A DNA stretch of 63,381 nucleotides, counting the filler, from Asterionella formosa (Eukaryota): assembly GCA_002256025.1 (NCBI GenBank). It is 13 parts of 13 records of this genome, joined end to end, with 100 filler letters (N's around TTAATTAATTAA, not from the genome) between each part and the next. Parts side by side here need not be neighbours in the genome. Positions count along the whole stretch, not along the records: positions 23,428 to 24,849 come from NKIB01002513.1; positions 24,950 to 48,173 come from NKIB01002514.1; 11 more parts are not named here. One strand, 5' to 3'. The notes under the pieces were generated by a model. The model was not told the origin of the DNA, did no database searches, and saw only the letters and a program-made list of their open reading frames with translations. Within the stretch, counting starts at the first letter, position 1. The number at the start of each line of letters is the position of its first letter. This document shows, in pieces, positions 23,428 to 35,349 of the stretch. The position numbers and the translations under genes are program-made.

Positions 23428-24849
23428 TATTATTCTTGTATTTTTATCAACGTTCGCTTGTTAGTTTTTGGTCCCACCCGATTAGTTTCCATAAATTACG
23501 TGGAGGCATGGCAACATAAAAATTATCTTTCCGTATCTGTTCCAAAACTTCTTGCGGTTTCAGAGATTTCCTTGATTCCTGTGGTTTCAAAGCAGGACAA
23601 CAAATGCTGCCAAAAGTATGTTATGAAATGCAACAACGCTCAATTCAGTTGTATCATTGCATAAGGTGTCTCCTCGCTCTTTCAAAAAACATACGTTAAT
23701 GAATTTTCATTTCAGTTGAACTTTTCAAGGAACAAATACACGCTAAGAGAATGGTTGTTGTGTTGGAGAAAATAACATTTCCCCAAAGAAGTAGTTTTGC
23801 AGGAACTGTGTAGGAACTTGATCCATCTCCCTTCTCCCAGTTCACTTCGACCCAGTCAAACCATTCATGACCAGAAATTCCTGCCTTTGAATCATTATTA
23901 CATTTCGGATGGCATCTGAAAATAGTAGTTTGGCCGGGAACGTTGCTTTCAATTTTAACATGATAATAAAAGTCAATCCTTACAATGGGAAACAGGCCCA
24001 ACCCCATCTTCAAGACTTTTTATTCATGCTATTTCTATTGCTGAATTCGCAATGTTCTTTACGTAGTTGGCCCCCTTTGGTAAATCAGGATGAACCAATT
24101 GAGACAAGGGTGCATCTTTACTCCGTGATACATGCCCAATCTTATTAGGGACACCTGCTATAGTCCATAGACCATTTGATGATGAAGCAAAAAATTGAAC
24201 TTTAACAGGAAGGGCTGGTGAATGGATTTTGGTAGGCGATATTTCCAAATTTTCAGGTGACCTACTAGGCAACATCATTGTGTCCGGAATCATTCCTTCG
24301 AAATCAATTTCTGTTGAAATACCCTCATTTACATTGCATTTTCAGGGAGAAAGCCGGTACAATCTTGAAAATCTGAATATTGCATGGTTTCTGAATTCAA
24401 CCTTTGGAGAGTTTTTAGTCTCAATTGTTCGTCTTGTTGTGACTGAATATTGTTATAAACTGAATCATCGCTGTCTTCATGAAGTGGATAATTGTGGTCA
24501 CTTGATTCAAGGATAGGACACATAATCTCTTCTTGTCTATTCTCCCTAAATGCTGCAGCAGTTACACTGCCATCATTAACTTCTTTCCTTGAATGATTAG
24601 ATGCACTACCGCAATACATAGTTTCACTATGTATTCCAGGAACTCGATGTTCCTGCATGCAATGTCGACAGTGACCATATGCATAAATAGCACGGTTGCT
24701 ACAATTTCGGTTGTGAGACTCAGATGGGGGTTTGTTCTTCCGAAATTTGTAGTTACACAGATAACACCATTGCAATGTGCGCAAAGACATTGCAAATTGC
24801 AAATGATGAACAAGTCAGGATATGAAAAGGATAGAATGAAAATGAATTA
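23428..24849 (-). mobile_element. Internally deleted Plavaka-like DNA transposon copy
   Basis: 24331-24849 is the reverse complement of ~32381-32898. 23696-24013 encodes FRCHPK...WFDWVEVNW...VPAKLL, resembling Plavaka-type transposase C-termini. Confidence 0.55.
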
Positions 24850-24949
24850 NNNNNNNNNNNNNNNNNNNNNNNNNNNNNNNNNNNNNNNNNNNNTTAATTA
24901 ATTAANNNNNNNNNNNNNNNNNNNNNNNNNNNNNNNNNNNNNNNNNNNN

Positions 24950-27900
24950 AAAACTGAGACGCTAGATTTCAAACGTGATCATTCAGATGTTTTGTACTAT
25001 TTCCAAGGAACTCGTGGAATTTACCCAGGTGGGAGTGATATCTTATCTGCAGAGGTCATCACAACGAAATTGACCAGTATGGACATTAATGAAGCTCACG
25101 CTAAATACGGACATATTGGGGAAGCGGCATTGCGGGCTACTATGAAATCGCTTGGTATCAAAATGACAGGTGTGATGTATACATGTGAAGGATGTGCGCT
25201 AGCTAAGGCTAAAGCAAAAAGTGTTCCTAAAATCACTATGAGCAAGGCTACTCAACCGGGCGAACGTTTGTGCACAGATATCAGCGGTCCATATAAAAAG
25301 TCGATTTTAGGAAATGACTATTGGATCCTTGTTGTTGATGATTACACCGGAAAATCTTGGAGTTTCTTTGTTAAGAAGAAGTCACAGCTTGCTTCAAAGA
25401 TTGAAGATTTGTTGACTAAACTCAAAACGGCTGAGTATGTTACCAAGTTTCTCCGTTGTGACAATGCGGGTGAAAACGTCTCAGGTTTGACAAAACTATG
25501 CGAGAAATTCAATATTCAAATCGAATTTACGGCACCCTACACACCACAACAGAATGGAATTGTGGAGCGAAAGTTTGTAACCATTCGTCAACGAGCATGT
25601 GCAGCAATGTTTGCTGCAAAATTTAATGATGAATTTCAAGGTTTACTTTGGGCAGAGGCCATCAACACCAACACACGAATCACGAACATTGTGGCCACAT
25701 CTAATGATGTAAAAAGTGCAGATGAGAAGTTTTACAAAAAGGTTCCAATGTTTTATGATCATCTAATGCATTTTGGCAGGATCGGATGGGTAAAAATTGG
25801 TCCTAAGAAAACAAATAAACTCGAAGAAAAGGCCATTAAATGTGTGATGGTTGGTTATTCTCATGATCATGCTGGAGACACTTACCGAATGTTTAACCCT
25901 CAGACAAGAAAGATTTTTAATAGTCGAAACATTCGCTGGGCTGATTGGCATGGCCAAACAAGTCCAATCGCAGGTTTGAGGGATTTCAATGTGGAAGGGG
26001 ACACAGAAGTGGGTGTTATTCCAATTGATGATGAAAAGCAGGACGAAGATGTTCTTCCTGTTGTGCCACCTATCCAGCAGGATATTGATTTGGAAACACC
26101 TGTTCCAGTTGTGAAACAAACAAGATTTCAGCTATCCGAAGCAGTGGGGAAGTTAGGTGATGAGATCAACAAAGATGCTTCGAAGAAAGCAAAATTGGAA
26201 CGAGAATTGAAACGCCTTGATGGTTGGAAAGAAGTTACTGGCAAACGCAGTGCTCGGCGCAGCTTACAACTAGGTGACAAGGACAAAGGATCAATTGAAG
26301 AAATAGATTATTCTGAAGCGGCCTATCAAGATGATGATGAACTATTTGAAAGTGAAGAAGGAGTAGAGAGGTTCTATGCATATTCTACAACGCTTGCTTC
26401 CGATCCTGGGGAGCCAAAGCATTACAAGGAGGCTATGAAAGGAGACGAGAGCAAGCAGTGGACCGTTGCTATTAAAAATGAAATCAACAATTTCTACAAG
26501 CGAAATGTTTGTAAAATGGTTCCTCGTGACAATCTCAAGGGCGGAAAACCCTTAGGCACACGCTGGGTATTCAAGAAGAAATCCGAGCAGGATAAAAGTA
26601 TTCGATACAAAGGACGTATTGTAGTGAAAGGCTACGTTCAGATCCCAGGACTGGATTTCACTGATTCATTTGCTCCAGTTGCAACAGATGCTTCAATGCG
26701 TATGATATTCGCTTTCTCGTTATACAAATGGGATAAGTCTGAAGGAATACGATGGGTCTGTGAAATCATTGATGTTGAAGCTGCTTTTCTTGAAGGAGAC
26801 ATGGACGAGCAAATCTATATTGAATGGCCAGATGGGGTTTTAGACTTTGGTTTCGAAACACAGGAAACAATGAAAAACAAATGCATTAAGTTGGAGAAGG
26901 CCATGTATGGCACAGTTCAAGCAGCGCTACAATTATTCAAGAAGATGGTTCAAAACTTAACCAAAGTTGGATTGAGGCAAAGCAAGGTCGATCCATGTGT
27001 ATTCTTCATCAAGGAAAACAATGCACTAATCCTAATTATTGCCACACATGTCGATGATTGTGCAATTGCTGGAAAGCCAAATGATATTAAATGGTTCAAA
27101 AATGAAATCAAGAAACACTTCACAATTAAGGAGCTTGGCCCATTGAAGAAGCATTTGGGAGTGTGGTACGATTGGGGCCAAGATAAAGTAGGACGCTACT
27201 TGGAGTCGAGCATGGAGGATTTTGTGCATGTTATGCTCCAAGATTATCATGATATTTTTGGAAAGTATCCAAGAGATGCATCAACCCCAGCATTTCCAGG
27301 AATTTTTCTCAGAACGAATCCAGACAAAGTGATTCTCCATAAAGAATACAGTTCAATGGTTGGAAAATTGTTGTATTTTGTGAAGAAAGTTGGACCAATA
27401 TGCGCGAATGCATGTCGTGAACTTTCTCAACATTTAGAGAATCCAGGTGATGCCCATTGGAGTGCTGTTGAACATTAGTTAGGTTTCATTGCAACTTATG
27501 AAAGGAACAGAAAATTAAAAATGAGACCACCACATGAATTACGAGTTCAAGACGTGGTAGACAGCTCATTTGGGGACAATCCAGATGCAAGGAAATCGAC
27601 AAGTGCATATTTGGGTACGATTGGTGGTGCATCGCTAGTGAATTGGATTTCGAAAGGACAGAAGATTGTTACTGTTTCCAGCACTGAAGCAGAGTATGTG
27701 GCTCTATCAGATGGATCAAAGGAAACTAATTTTATAATGAATCTACTCAATAAAGTTGAATACGTGGAAATGCCCAGTATCATTGCAGAAGACAATACAG
27801 GTGCGATTTTTCTATCAAAGAATCAGCAGGTTGGTTCACGAACTAAGCACATTGATGTGAGATATCATTTCATTCGAGAAAAGTTGAAGGCTAGGGATAC

Positions 27901-28039
27901 TAGAGTTGACTATGTGAATACTTTAAAGAATCCTGCAGACCTACTTTCAAAGAATGTCACTCAGAAAATTCATGACACTCATGCAACCCACATGATGAAT
28001 GGGACCATGGATTGTTGGTTTCGAGATCAGGGAGGGTGA
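24950..28039 (+). mobile_element. Ty1/Copia retrotransposon pol (integrase-RT-RNase H), 5'-truncated by contig end, one in-frame stop
   Basis: HAKYGH/CEGC zinc motif, DISGP, CDNAGE, QQNGIVE; RT DVEAAFL, MYGTVQA, THVDD; RNase H DSSFGDNPDARKSTS, SSTEAEY, EDNTGA, KHIDVRYH. TAG at 27476-27478; the 27521 ORF is in the same frame. Confidence 0.95.
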
Positions 28040-28550
28040 TAAAATATATGGAATCCGACGAATCGAAAATCAATACTCTTAGTAGTGATTGGAAACCAAG
28101 ACCCAGAACATTTTGACATTTATTGACAAATGACTGGAGATGTTTACTTATTGACAAATGACTGGACTGGAGATGTTTACTTATTGACAAGTGAAACAGA
28201 TGCTTACTTATTGTCAAAAGAATAAGTGATGCTCACTTATTGTCAAAAGAATAAGTGCTGCTCACTTATTGTCAAATGAATATGCTTACTTATTGTCAAA
28301 TGAATATGCTTACTTATTGTCAAATGAATATGCTTACTTATTGTCAAAGTAAGCAAGATCATTTTCGACGAGACCAAGGAAAGTGTGAGAAGTCTTGTTC
28401 GGGATTACATGAGTAATCAGGCAAGAACAAGACCTAGATAGACTATTAACAGAAAGCTCACAATATTACAAAGTGTAAAGTGAAAATACGTTTTCAACTT
28501 TAGAGATCTAAAAAGTAAGATCTGTGATATTTCAACCAGACAATTTAACA
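28037..28550 (+). repeat. 3' LTR of the Copia element (~514 bp)
   Basis: Follows polypurine tract AGGGAGGG; begins TGATAAA and ends TTTAACA (imperfect inverted termini). The right boundary is inferred. Confidence 0.7.
28118..28347. repeat. Tandem array of nine (C/T)TTATTG(A/T)CAA cores inside the LTR
   Basis: Cores near 28119, 28146, 28180, 28206, 28235, 28264, 28288, 28312 and 28336, period 24-33 bp. Confidence 0.9.
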
Positions 28551-28705
28551 CAATATGACGGGGTGTCTCAAAAACATTCCTGAACACGTGAACTGGTGGG
28601 AGGAGTTCGAATCCTCCCATGATGCCCCCCAAGCACCCCACATCGATGGGGCAGGCGGGCAAAGCGGCCGGATAGGCTTTCTCCTGGCGCCTTGGAACAG
28701 CAAAA

Positions 28706-29810
28706 AAAGCATTGTTCAAAATAGATTGAAATGGATCGTAATTTAACTATCAAATTTAGCAATGCTATCTATTAATCTACATGCCAGCGACCCGAGTTTT
28801 CTCTCTCTACTCGGCTCAATGTATGTTGTTCCTGTCTCACCCTTTTCTTCCTCTGTTCTGAATCGTGTGCGAGGCCGTGCCTTACTGATGCTGCGTCTCT
28901 TTCCCTGCTGTAAGTGTCATTTTGAACTTGCCGACTATTCCGTTGTTTAATTGTTTTTATTGTCCTATGCATGCAGTTACAGTAACAATGAGAAGGAATG
29001 ATTTGTTAGCTAGTCATGTTACATTGACACAAGAACACGCAATTCCATCGTATCCTCTTGCTTCACTTACCACAAATCAATGCAACTGAGGATGCATAAG
29101 TCTGTAATAGTAACTTGTCAGTAAATTCATGACTAAGTAAGTTTCGGGTATCCAATGTTGTTGAATAAAACTTACCAGTTCATTTTTTTCAGCTTAACTT
29201 TGAGAGAAGGTAAATGTTTTGTCAGTTTTGTTCCAGCAGAAGTGAATAGGTCCAACAAGCGACAAGAGCACTTACGCAATTTGGTTTTGTTTTACATTGG
29301 TGCTCCCCAACAAGCGAAACGAGCAGTTGAATCAACTGAGAAGAAAGGAAATGTGGCTGCGTTTAGTTAACAATTTGTTGTTGTCCTGCCTCCCAACAAC
29401 TGTCATCCAAGTACCACATTGATGGCTTCATTACCTTAATCATTCTCCATCCTTCGAATGCCCAATGTGTCGAAGCCACAATGTTTTTCGTTATGTATTG
29501 CGTAAACTTTCTTTTCTTGTCATGTGCTTCACTACGACGTATCTTTTCATGAAGCAGCAGGCATTGTTTGTTAACATGACAGAACGATTTCAAAAATATA
29601 TATGCCATGAATATAGTAATAAAATTTGTATATATATATATATATGAAGTGTTATACATTTATAAAATTCAAAGGCGCTCTCGATATGGAACATCTGATA
29701 TGGTTGAGATGATCATACTTGCATGTACATAATTCGAAAATACTCAATGCACTACATGTCCATTGTTTTCCACGACTACGTGTACCGGTATTATTTCTGA
29801 AATTTGTTTG
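28706..29810 (+). repeat. Dispersed repeat; internal non-coding part of the TCTGCAAA element family
   Basis: Direct homology to ~37503-38200 (AAGCATTGTTCAAAATAGATTGAAATGGATCGTAATTT...) and weaker homology to 45030-45430. Confidence 0.85.
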
Positions 29811-30266
29811 CATCGATATTTTCTACGTCTGTTGAAACTAATCATTTGTACCATTCAATTGGTGTAAGTCATAACCGCAAGGGTTTTGGTAACAAATTGT
29901 TTAAGCCCCTTTTTTGGGCGGGAGCTCTTCATGTGTACCGGTAGATCATATGACAAGAACAATAAATCATATATACATACATACAGAGTACCAGTAGCAA
30001 GTAGTAAGTGATATACTGGGGGTAGTCGGAGTAGTAAACTAGCAACAGAACACCATATGTTCAGGACTGTTGCTACTGCAGTGGGACAGTAAATCATCAT
30101 AGTTTTAGGATCGTATGATCGTAAAACTAAAAACCAATAGTCGGTGTAATAAGCAAGCAACAGAAGACCATATGTCTATGACTGCTGCTACTGCAGCGGG
30201 ACAGTAAATGAATTTAAGATCATCTAACTTTAAGGAAGACAACGAAAACAGTTATCAAGTAGTACA

Positions 30267-32133
30267 ATGTCTTCAAGAAACCATAAAGAGGTTCATGGAA
30301 GCAAGCGACCTGAGGCAAATACTGCTGGTAAGGAACAAAGAAGCAGGTTCCAAAATGAGTTAACAAAGAAAAAGCGAATAGGTGATTATCCAAAGCAACC
30401 CAATCGGCGATTGGGAGACGTTGGGGATAATACCCCATCGTCGATGGGGACACCATCAGCTACAAGTACAAAGGATCCCGTAATTGATACTGACAGCCAT
30501 GATGACGTTTCTTCTTCAGTTATTGATACAAGAAAATTGGCTCCTGTCGATGATACCATTAATACCTCCCGGATGCAGATGGACGACATGGTACCATATC
30601 ATAAATTTTCTAATCGCACAGACCAACAAGTACATGACAAACTGAGGGAAAAAACATTTTGCACTTGCCAAAGGATATTATCAATTGGTCAATGAACTCA
30701 ATCACTACAAAGGTCGTAATTCGGTTCAAAACTCGTCCATACGAGGTTATCAAGACTCTTCAATTTCAGCAGCCTTATCAGAACGTCGATCTCGCTTAGC
30801 TAAAATTGAACCATCAATTGTCACAAAGGTTGTGAGTTTTATTTTCAAGACCAAGAAGTTTTGCTGTGAACATGTAAGTTTGATGTTATAGTTCGTGAAT
30901 TGCAGGTACTGTAAAGCAGAATATCAATCTAATGTGCTTTTCTCTGGTCCCAAAAGAGAATGAAACATCCCGCCCTATCTGGTCCAAGTAGTATGAAAGG
31001 CATTTCCAATCACAAACAGGATTGGTTTGCCGAATGCTGCCTATCTCGGCTATACACAGTGAAACCGGAGTTAGGCAAAGAAGTGGAGAGTGACCCAGAG
31101 CTTGCCGATTTCATATGGAATGGTTCTGATGCACTACTTCCGATGAATCAGACCATTGAACGTACCAACAAGGCACGTTTAGATTACATCAAATCAACAT
31201 TTGTTGGCATGTGCATTAAAAAGTTGACAGAATGTCAGAATGTATTGAATAATCAATTTAAAGGAATCTTAGGTAAGTTCTTGGAGGGAGATGCTTCGAA
31301 AGCATGATGTTTTGTGTCAGTGATTATATTCTTATCAAATATGTTTGCTAACATAAATTCATGACACACCAGCTGGTTTAACAGAATATAACTTCCAGAC
31401 CATGGATATTGATGACTTTATTAGGTGGGCGTTGACGCTTTATCGTTTTGCGCAGTCAAAGGATATTGACAAGGGAAGCCATGGATATCAAGTCTGGCGT
31501 GATGTTCTTTTTCCGGTGTATTTTAGAGGCAGGACAAGCCGTGGAGAACCATTTTTAACAGGAGACAAATCTGGTGTGACCAAATTTCAACTCAGTCTTC
31601 GGGCACAGTGTGAATTGCAAGCACTTTTTGTTGGTTCGCTGATCAGTGCCAGTACAGAAGCATTTTGCTTCTTTGTGCTGAAAGGAAGATTCCGATTGCA
31701 ACAAAAATATTTGGGTTTCAATCCAGATACCCATGAAATTTCAGAGAACGATATTCGTCATTCTACCGATTTTGTTGACATTGGTGGGAAACCACTTATT
31801 AAAAAAAGTGTGAGGCAAGAAAGTTCATTTTCAAATGGTCTCACTGATCAATGGACTGATGATTTACTCGTTAAACATAAGAAAATCTACACTGGACTTT
31901 CACAAAAGAATCGACCTGAATATGAAAGGAATCCTAGTGGAATTGCATCTTCCACCACAAATATCATCTACTAACCACACTCATACTACTTCTCATTTCC
32001 CAACGTAAGTGAAGAGGATATGCATCAATATGTTGAATCACTTCAACCAAATGTTCCTGAAAAGAATATTGATTATAATGACCGCATGAATCAACGGGAC
32101 ATTGATGACGATGTTGATTTTGAATGGATCTAA
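30267..32133 (+). pseudogene. Spliced, frameshifted hypothetical gene, probably an accessory ORF of the DNA element
   Basis: ORFs 30267, 30685, 30960 and 31402 on one strand. Intron 31273-31372 (gtaagt..gctaac..cag) joins 30960 and 31402 in frame; the other junctions need frameshifts. Confidence 0.5.
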
Positions 32134-32380
32134 TAGAATCCAATGCATACTTAGTAGTTACATAATAATTATAGTTAGTGTGAGACTTCTACAATGCAAG
32201 CCATATCATAGATGATAGAAAAACATTGATTCTTCTCTATACTACTATTACTATTAGTGCCGCCTGTACTACATGTAGCGGTATACCTCCATTTTTACTA
32301 CTATGGTGGAGTGATAATTTCACGATTCTGTATTTTCCAGCACAGCATGTTCGAAGTGGCGCTCAATTTATTAATTTTTA

Positions 32381-33240
32381 TAATTCATTTTCATTCTATC
32401 TTTTTCATATCCTGACTTGGTCATCATTTTCAATTTGCAATTTCTTTGCGCACATTGCAGTTGTATTATCTGTGTAACTACAAATTTCGGAAGAACAAAT
32501 TCCCATCTGAGTCTCACAATCGAAATTGTAGCAACCGTGTTTTTTATGCATATGGTCACTTTCGACATTGCATGCAGGAACATCGAGTTCCTGGAATACA
32601 TAGTGAAACTATGTATTGCGGTAGTGCATCTAATCATTCAAGGAAAGAAGTTAATGATGGCAGTGTAACTGCTGCAGCATTTAGGGAGATTAGACAAGAA
32701 GAGATTCTGTGTCCTATCCTTGAATAAGTGACCACAATCATCCACTTCATGACGACAGAGGCGATTCAGTTTATAATAATATTCAGTCACAACAGGACAA
32801 ACAATTGAGACTAAAAACTCTCCAAGGGTTGAATTCAGAAACCATGCAATATTCAGATTTTCAAGATCGCACCGGCTTTCTCCCTGAAAATGCAATGGAA
32901 ATGCCCGTTCCTCCTCAATTTCAACTTCCAAGTAAACATTCTCTGAACATGCATCCTATCGAATTAGAACTCATGTTATTCCTCAACGAGAATTATCTTC
33001 CACCAGTTTACTTTGATCATCTAATGAAATGGCTGTTCAAGGCAAAAGCAATGACATATTTTGATGGAAGCAAGGTATCAAGCTCCATCCTACCAGACTT
33101 TGAAAAAACACATGGATATTTCATTTCCACCAACATTAGGAAGACCAACTGTTTGGGTTTCCTCTTCGAAAGCAATCTTTCCTTCTTTTCAATCTCAGCC
33201 ACTACTGTATCGGCATGATACTTCATCATTTTTTCTGGAG
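32381..33240 (+). mobile_element. N-terminal remnant of a Plavaka-like transposase
   Basis: Shared with the 23428-24849 contig; continues MHPIELELMLFLNENYLPPVYFDHLMKWL..YQAPSYQTLKKHM; stops and frameshifts. Confidence 0.45.
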
Positions 33241-34194
33241 TATTATGAATCTGTTCAAATTCATTTGATATTTGAGTTTATTCAAAGGAATCTTCGATTG
33301 ATTTCATAACTTTCTTCATCTTCTTTTCCGAAAACATAAAGTCGTCTAGTGTAAACAATGGAAGTAAGTCTCGTTTCTTGTTTGACTGATCCTTTCCATG
33401 AAATCCGTGAAATGCCATTTGGAGAGTTGTCAAAGGGCCAGGAGACTATGATGTAAAACAGTGGAAGGGAAACGCGGAGCTTTTTGCGGCGCTTGTGGAG
33501 GTGGAACTGGTGTGATGGTAACCGAGTGTAGTAATTGTTGAACAGAGCACAGTGTAATACGCATGTTCCGCCAGCGTAGTGTTTACACAATACACATGCC
33601 GGCATATATATAGCTAAAACAACGAAAGACGACAACAATGAACGTGATGGCTGGTTGTTGAGGATACCGGTATGTGATAGGCATCAACGCATGTCACAAA
33701 TCATATTATAGTGATGTACATATTAATGCATCAGTATACTTAGATCCTATCCACTGTATAATACTATCATATTAACTGTTGACTTTAAATGTATACATTA
33801 AACGACAAACATGTATATTAATTAACATACTTTATGATTGCTTGATTTATTTTCTATGATGTCGTGGTAACACTTGCGTACATATTTTTCATATTTTATT
33901 TTCATTGTACTATTTTAACATAATCATATTTTGATCAAAATTATATCATAAACATTTTATAAAATCATCATAGTTTTATGATCAATGTATCGTAGCTATG
34001 TGATGTACTTTATTCAATATTACGTATCATACTTTGGTGATGTATGCATCAATGTACCCTTATCATGATATCACATTATCATCTTATCAATCATGATGAG
34101 ATGATTGGGAAGCAACTGTATTCTGCATCGTGCTACGGGAATATATTATTATATCACGCAATTTAGTAGCTAAGTCACCCCGCCTATAATGTAC

Positions 34195-34625
34195 AAAAGT
34201 CGACAGTGCACATACTCACACGCTAATCAATTTTGAGGCCACGGACAGTGGTTCCAACGAGCGAATGATGATACCACGAGTACCAATTTTTCCAGGGAAA
34301 GAACTTGTCTCTCCATTAATGAGGATGACACGGACACCGACTTTTCCAGGAGCAAAAAACAATGAAGAGACCCACTTCGTCTGCGTCGCTCTATTGATGG
34401 TAACAAAGATGCGGACAAGTTCAACAGTGAATACAAGAACAACATACCAATGAAAACAAGTCGACAGTGTGTGTACGCACACGCCAAGCAGCAGGTTTCA
34501 GGCAACGGACAGTTCCAACAAGCAAATCACGAGGCAGATATCAAATTTTTCCTACGAGGAAACAACAATGAAAGGAGCCACTTGCTTTCGCTCTCTTGAT
34601 GGTATCAAAGATGCTGACAACGTCA
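34195..34625. repeat. Imperfect tandem duplication (~260 bp period)
   Basis: AAGTCGACAGTG..CACACGC..CGGACAGT..TTCCAAC at ~34197 and ~34458; AACAATGAA..CCACTT..TTGATGGTA.CAAAGATGC.GACAA at ~34358 and ~34564. Confidence 0.7.
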
Positions 34626-35349
34626 ATAGTTAATTCAAGTACAGTATACCAAATGCAGAAACGAGCGAGCGATATGAAAATGAAATTCTAATCAGAATCA
34701 TTCTATAACTATAGCTATGTGAACAGTAGTCTGTTACGCACATTTTCGTATCTCCTTCTATGCTGAATCTTAATAGTAGATGTAGTATCATGTGAGAATT
34801 GAAAATGGCAACGAGAACAAGTAGAATGTGTTTGTTTTCGGGTTGATTGGCGAAATTGTCATTCTGAAGTCGACGAAACGGATTTACTTTGTGCGCTGTG
34901 TGCGGAACCATTACGAGTTCGAATGGTTTCTTCTCTCCTGTAAACTCTTAATTGAATGATTATGAACAAAGGTTCACTGCACATGACGATTACTCGAAGA
35001 TATAATGATCACTTGACCAACAAATTGAAGACGTTATCGCAAACATTCATTCCAATGGTCATCGCTAGTATTTCGTTGTTGTTGCAAAGATCAGCGTGAT
35101 GACGGATGGAAATGACGAGCCAAATTACATTACTTGAAATGGTACATTATCCTACCAAGAAATTCGAATACAGGAATCAAATAGAAACAATTCATATAAT
35201 AATTAAATATAAGTAGTCAAAAGGGTTACTATTTAAAAAAAATGGCATTTATCGAAATTATTAGATGACATAACGAAATATTATGATCAGATTGTCGCAA
35301 TCCTATTATGCATCATGGAAATATGATAGTTTTTATTTGTAGACGAGGT

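Noticed and set aside
28118..28347. CRISPR-like repeat/spacer appearance
   Set aside because: Spacers are short and duplicated, the array lies in a retrotransposon LTR, there are no cas genes and the context is eukaryotic.
28590..28625. tRNA gene
   Set aside because: Only a T-loop-like hairpin; no acceptor, D or anticodon arms found.
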